Positions 62,523 through 64,000 of a DNA stretch of 64,000 bases are shown here, one piece after another. Both the position numbers and the translations under genes were made by a program. Positions within the stretch are counted from its first letter, which is position 1, and every line of letters begins with the position of its first letter. The stretch comes from Octopus sinensis (Eukaryota): NCBI RefSeq assembly GCF_006345805.1, contig NW_021833614.1, forward strand, positions 2,133 to 66,132, read 5' to 3'. Under the pieces are notes generated by a model. It saw only the letters and a list, made by a program, of their open reading frames with translations. It was not told the origin of the DNA and searched no databases.

Positions 62523-62712
62523 TATATATATTATATATATACATATGTATATGTGCATGTATATATATATATACACAAATAACATATATATGTATATATA
62601 TTTATACATCATACATGTACATACATGCATATAAATATATAAATATGTACATAATATATATATTATATATATATATATATATATATTATGATATATATAT
62701 ATATATATATAT

Positions 62713-62748
<36 letters not shown>

Positions 62749-62828
62749 CAGATACATATATATATATATACACATACAGTATATTTATGTATACTTGTAT
62801 ATATAAATATATATATATGAATGTATTC

Positions 62829-62863
<35 letters not shown>

Positions 62864-63093
62864 TGGTATTTGAGATCAATAAATGTATTTTGTTTGCGTT
62901 TGTTATAATATTTACGTTTTTAATAATAGGGAAAACAGCATTTCCTGTGGGAAGGGGTTTTTCCGACATTGAAAACAGTTCAACGCCTTCATTCTTGAAA
63001 ACTTAAAAGTTTTATTATTTTAAAAGCTAATTGAGCTATTAAAAAGTTATTCATATTTACACACGCACGCACACGCACGCACACGCACACACG

Positions 63094-63146
<53 letters not shown>

Positions 63147-63294
63147 ACACACAAAGGATTGGAATATATATATATATAAATACATGGGATAAAAAGAAAC
63201 GTATTCATCTGACAATTCAATTAGAGCTTTTATATATGAAGGAGATATATGTAAGATATATATAAACCTTTTTAGAAATATCCATTTTAATATT

Positions 63295-63550
63295 ATTTTT
63301 ATTCTTTTACTTGTTTCAGCTATTGGAATGCAGCCATTCTGGAGCACCACCTTCAAGCGTCTTATTGGAACAAATAGACTCCTGGATATTTTTAAAGTCT
63401 TGTATTTATTCTATCGGTCTCGTTTGCCGAACCGCTAGGTTACAGGGACGTAAACACTCCAGCATTGGGTGTCAAGCTGTGGTGGGAGACAAACACGGAC
63501 ACAAAGACACTCACGCACAAATACACAGACGCGCGCGCGCGCACATGTAT

Positions 63551-63609
<59 letters not shown>

Positions 63610-63670
63610 TACGATGGGCTTTGGTCGGCCCCTCAAGATGCCATGCAGTGGGGCTGAACCCGGAATTATT
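63295..63670 (-). mobile_element. Family A SINE
   Basis: CTTTTACTTGTTTCAG tail and GCAGTGGGGCTGAACCCGGA head remnant. Confidence 0.8.
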
Positions 63671-63792
63671 ATTGTTTTCTAAGCTCTGAAAAAGAATAAG
63701 AAGATGGGGCCTCCAACCAAGCCTTTTGCGATACCCTTAAAATCAGGAATTTTTCAGCACCAATTCGTGCGTGCATGTGTACTGTATGTATG

Positions 63793-63835
<43 letters not shown>

Positions 63836-64000
63836 CATATATATATATATAAAACTTACTTAGAAATGGATGCGTGGCGTTCCATCATTAATAACAAAAT
63901 AAGGAATAAAAATATATGCATATATACAGACATATACGTACGGGCCCCGTTTCCCGGTTCAATGGCGCATGTCTCTCCCAGCTGGACGGGACGCCAGTCC

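Noticed and set aside
63930-64000. GC-rich CTCCCAGCTGGACGGGACGCCAGTCC at the window end
   Set aside because: Probably the start of another SINE-like repeat, but truncated by the window edge and not classifiable

Overview
Eukaryotic, AT-rich, repeat-saturated genomic DNA, almost certainly from an octopus-type cephalopod (inferred from the tRNA-derived SINE families and extreme microsatellite density). No complete protein-coding gene can be supported. Most ORF-track entries are microsatellite artefacts or decayed transposon fragments. The one clear gene is an intact tRNA-Ile(AAT) at 15166-15239. Recognisable mobile-element relics are a Penelope-like RT, several R4/Dong-type LINE pieces in or next to (TAA)n tracts, an I-group LINE 3' end with a 10-bp target-site duplication, an RTE 3' relic, a Tc1 DD34E transposase, mariner and Tigger non-autonomous elements, about 30 SINE copies from three families, and at least eight palindromes or foldback elements. 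A roughly 10-kb (GGAT)n satellite occupies 32176-42086. The most interesting signal is a set of minimal type-I hammerhead-ribozyme folds in Penelope-type terminal repeats: one with a canonical core (2778-2841, minus) and a dispersed family with a non-canonical CCGACGA core (541-575, 26260-26294). A few small candidate plus-strand exons suggest the window may lie within introns of a host gene. All calls were made by eye without databases. Repeat boundaries may be off by several bases.
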